NCBI RefSeq assembly: GCF_031769215.1
Contig: NW_026782152.1
Span: forward strand, 434,001 to 498,000
DNA from: Ylistrum balloti
Lineage: Eukaryota
DNA: 64,000 nt
Direction: 5' to 3'
The notes below the pieces were generated by a model that worked only from the letters and a program-made list of their open reading frames with translations, was not told the origin of the DNA and did not search any database. Position 1 is the first letter of the stretch; each line of letters opens with the position of its first letter. This document shows, piece by piece, positions 63,171 through 64,000 of the stretch. The position numbers and the translations under genes are program-made.

Positions 63171-64000
63171 AATGCCATACAATAATACTTCCAATTAAAA
63201 AAGTTATTTTGGAGTTAATGGACTTGAAATGTCACTACAGAAAAGAACTGTACTTACACTGTAAGTAAAAGTAATATTGTATTATGCAGTCTCATTAGGT
63301 TTTGCCCAATTATCTTGGACCGATTAAATATCTCAATAACTTTACAATATGAGGACATCATTACACATTTATTAATAAAGTGATTTGATTCAATTCTTAT
63401 ATTCTTGTGGTAAAAATATTTTGTCTATATATTTTCTTGTGATTACAAACAAGTTTTTTAAAGAAATGAAGAATATCCACTTTTACTTCAATAACACATT
63501 GTTAAAAAAGTCTTTAATTCAAGCTGGGAGACTAATGTCCGTCAGTTATTTCTGCTATTTTTAAAGCCAATAAATATACATTTCTGATTCTCTTTTAACA
63601 TCAATGCAGTGAGATAATATACATTCAAATAATAATCCAACACAGAGATGTACAAAATTCGTGGACATGAAACAATGTGCGTTGATTAAATTTGACCCTT
63701 ATCTATTATTTGAACTGTTTTAGAATTATTCTTATTATCATCTAAATCAAATGAACTTACAACCAATATCACAGCTTTAATTGTTAAACTCCAGATCCAT
63801 AAATTGCAACTCGTTTGTGTAACTAGGAAATAATTTAGTGATCGCAGCCACAAACGCGCGTTCATCAATAGTTATCTCCCGTATTCTACATCTTGTATGT
63901 TGAAGGCTCAAAACTTGACATGTGTAGTCGTGATTAAACAAAATCAGAAATAGACTGAAGTAACGTTCTTTATAGCGAACTTGTGAAAACGGTTTAGTTA

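Noticed and set aside
59791-64000. Short ORFs after GNPAT (60307, 61243, 63686)
   Set aside because: Low-complexity AT-rich translations with no splice-consistent structure or known motifs; treated as UTR/intergenic DNA with repeat relics.

Overview
AT-rich, intron-containing animal genomic DNA, most likely a bivalve mollusc. That assignment is an inference from the Helentron/HINE-type satellite-carrying repeats and tRNA-SINE tails; the species cannot be fixed from sequence alone. I reconstructed five spliced protein-coding genes by hand, with phase-consistent exons: TTC8/BBS8 (minus, first 7 exons, 3' part outside the window), CNIH4 (plus, complete), WDR26 (minus, complete), an uncharacterised ~1018-aa secreted TPR + alpha/beta-hydrolase (S9-like) protein (minus, one junction uncertain), and GNPAT (plus, complete, ends in PTS1 -AKL). 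TTC8/CNIH4 and hydrolase/GNPAT are tight head-to-head pairs. Most entries in the supplied ORF track are spurious or are exons running into introns. Best leads: (1) a CUG-initiated, NLS-bearing N-terminal extension of WDR26 overlapped by an AUG uORF; (2) two dispersed intronic copies of a hammerhead-ribozyme-like motif whose stem II shows compensatory base changes; (3) the orphan secreted hydrolase sharing a promoter region with GNPAT; (4) a U12-type minor intron in CNIH4; (5) a CNIH4-WDR26 tail-to-tail arrangement like the human one. Comparisons to human or database proteins are from memory and were not computed.
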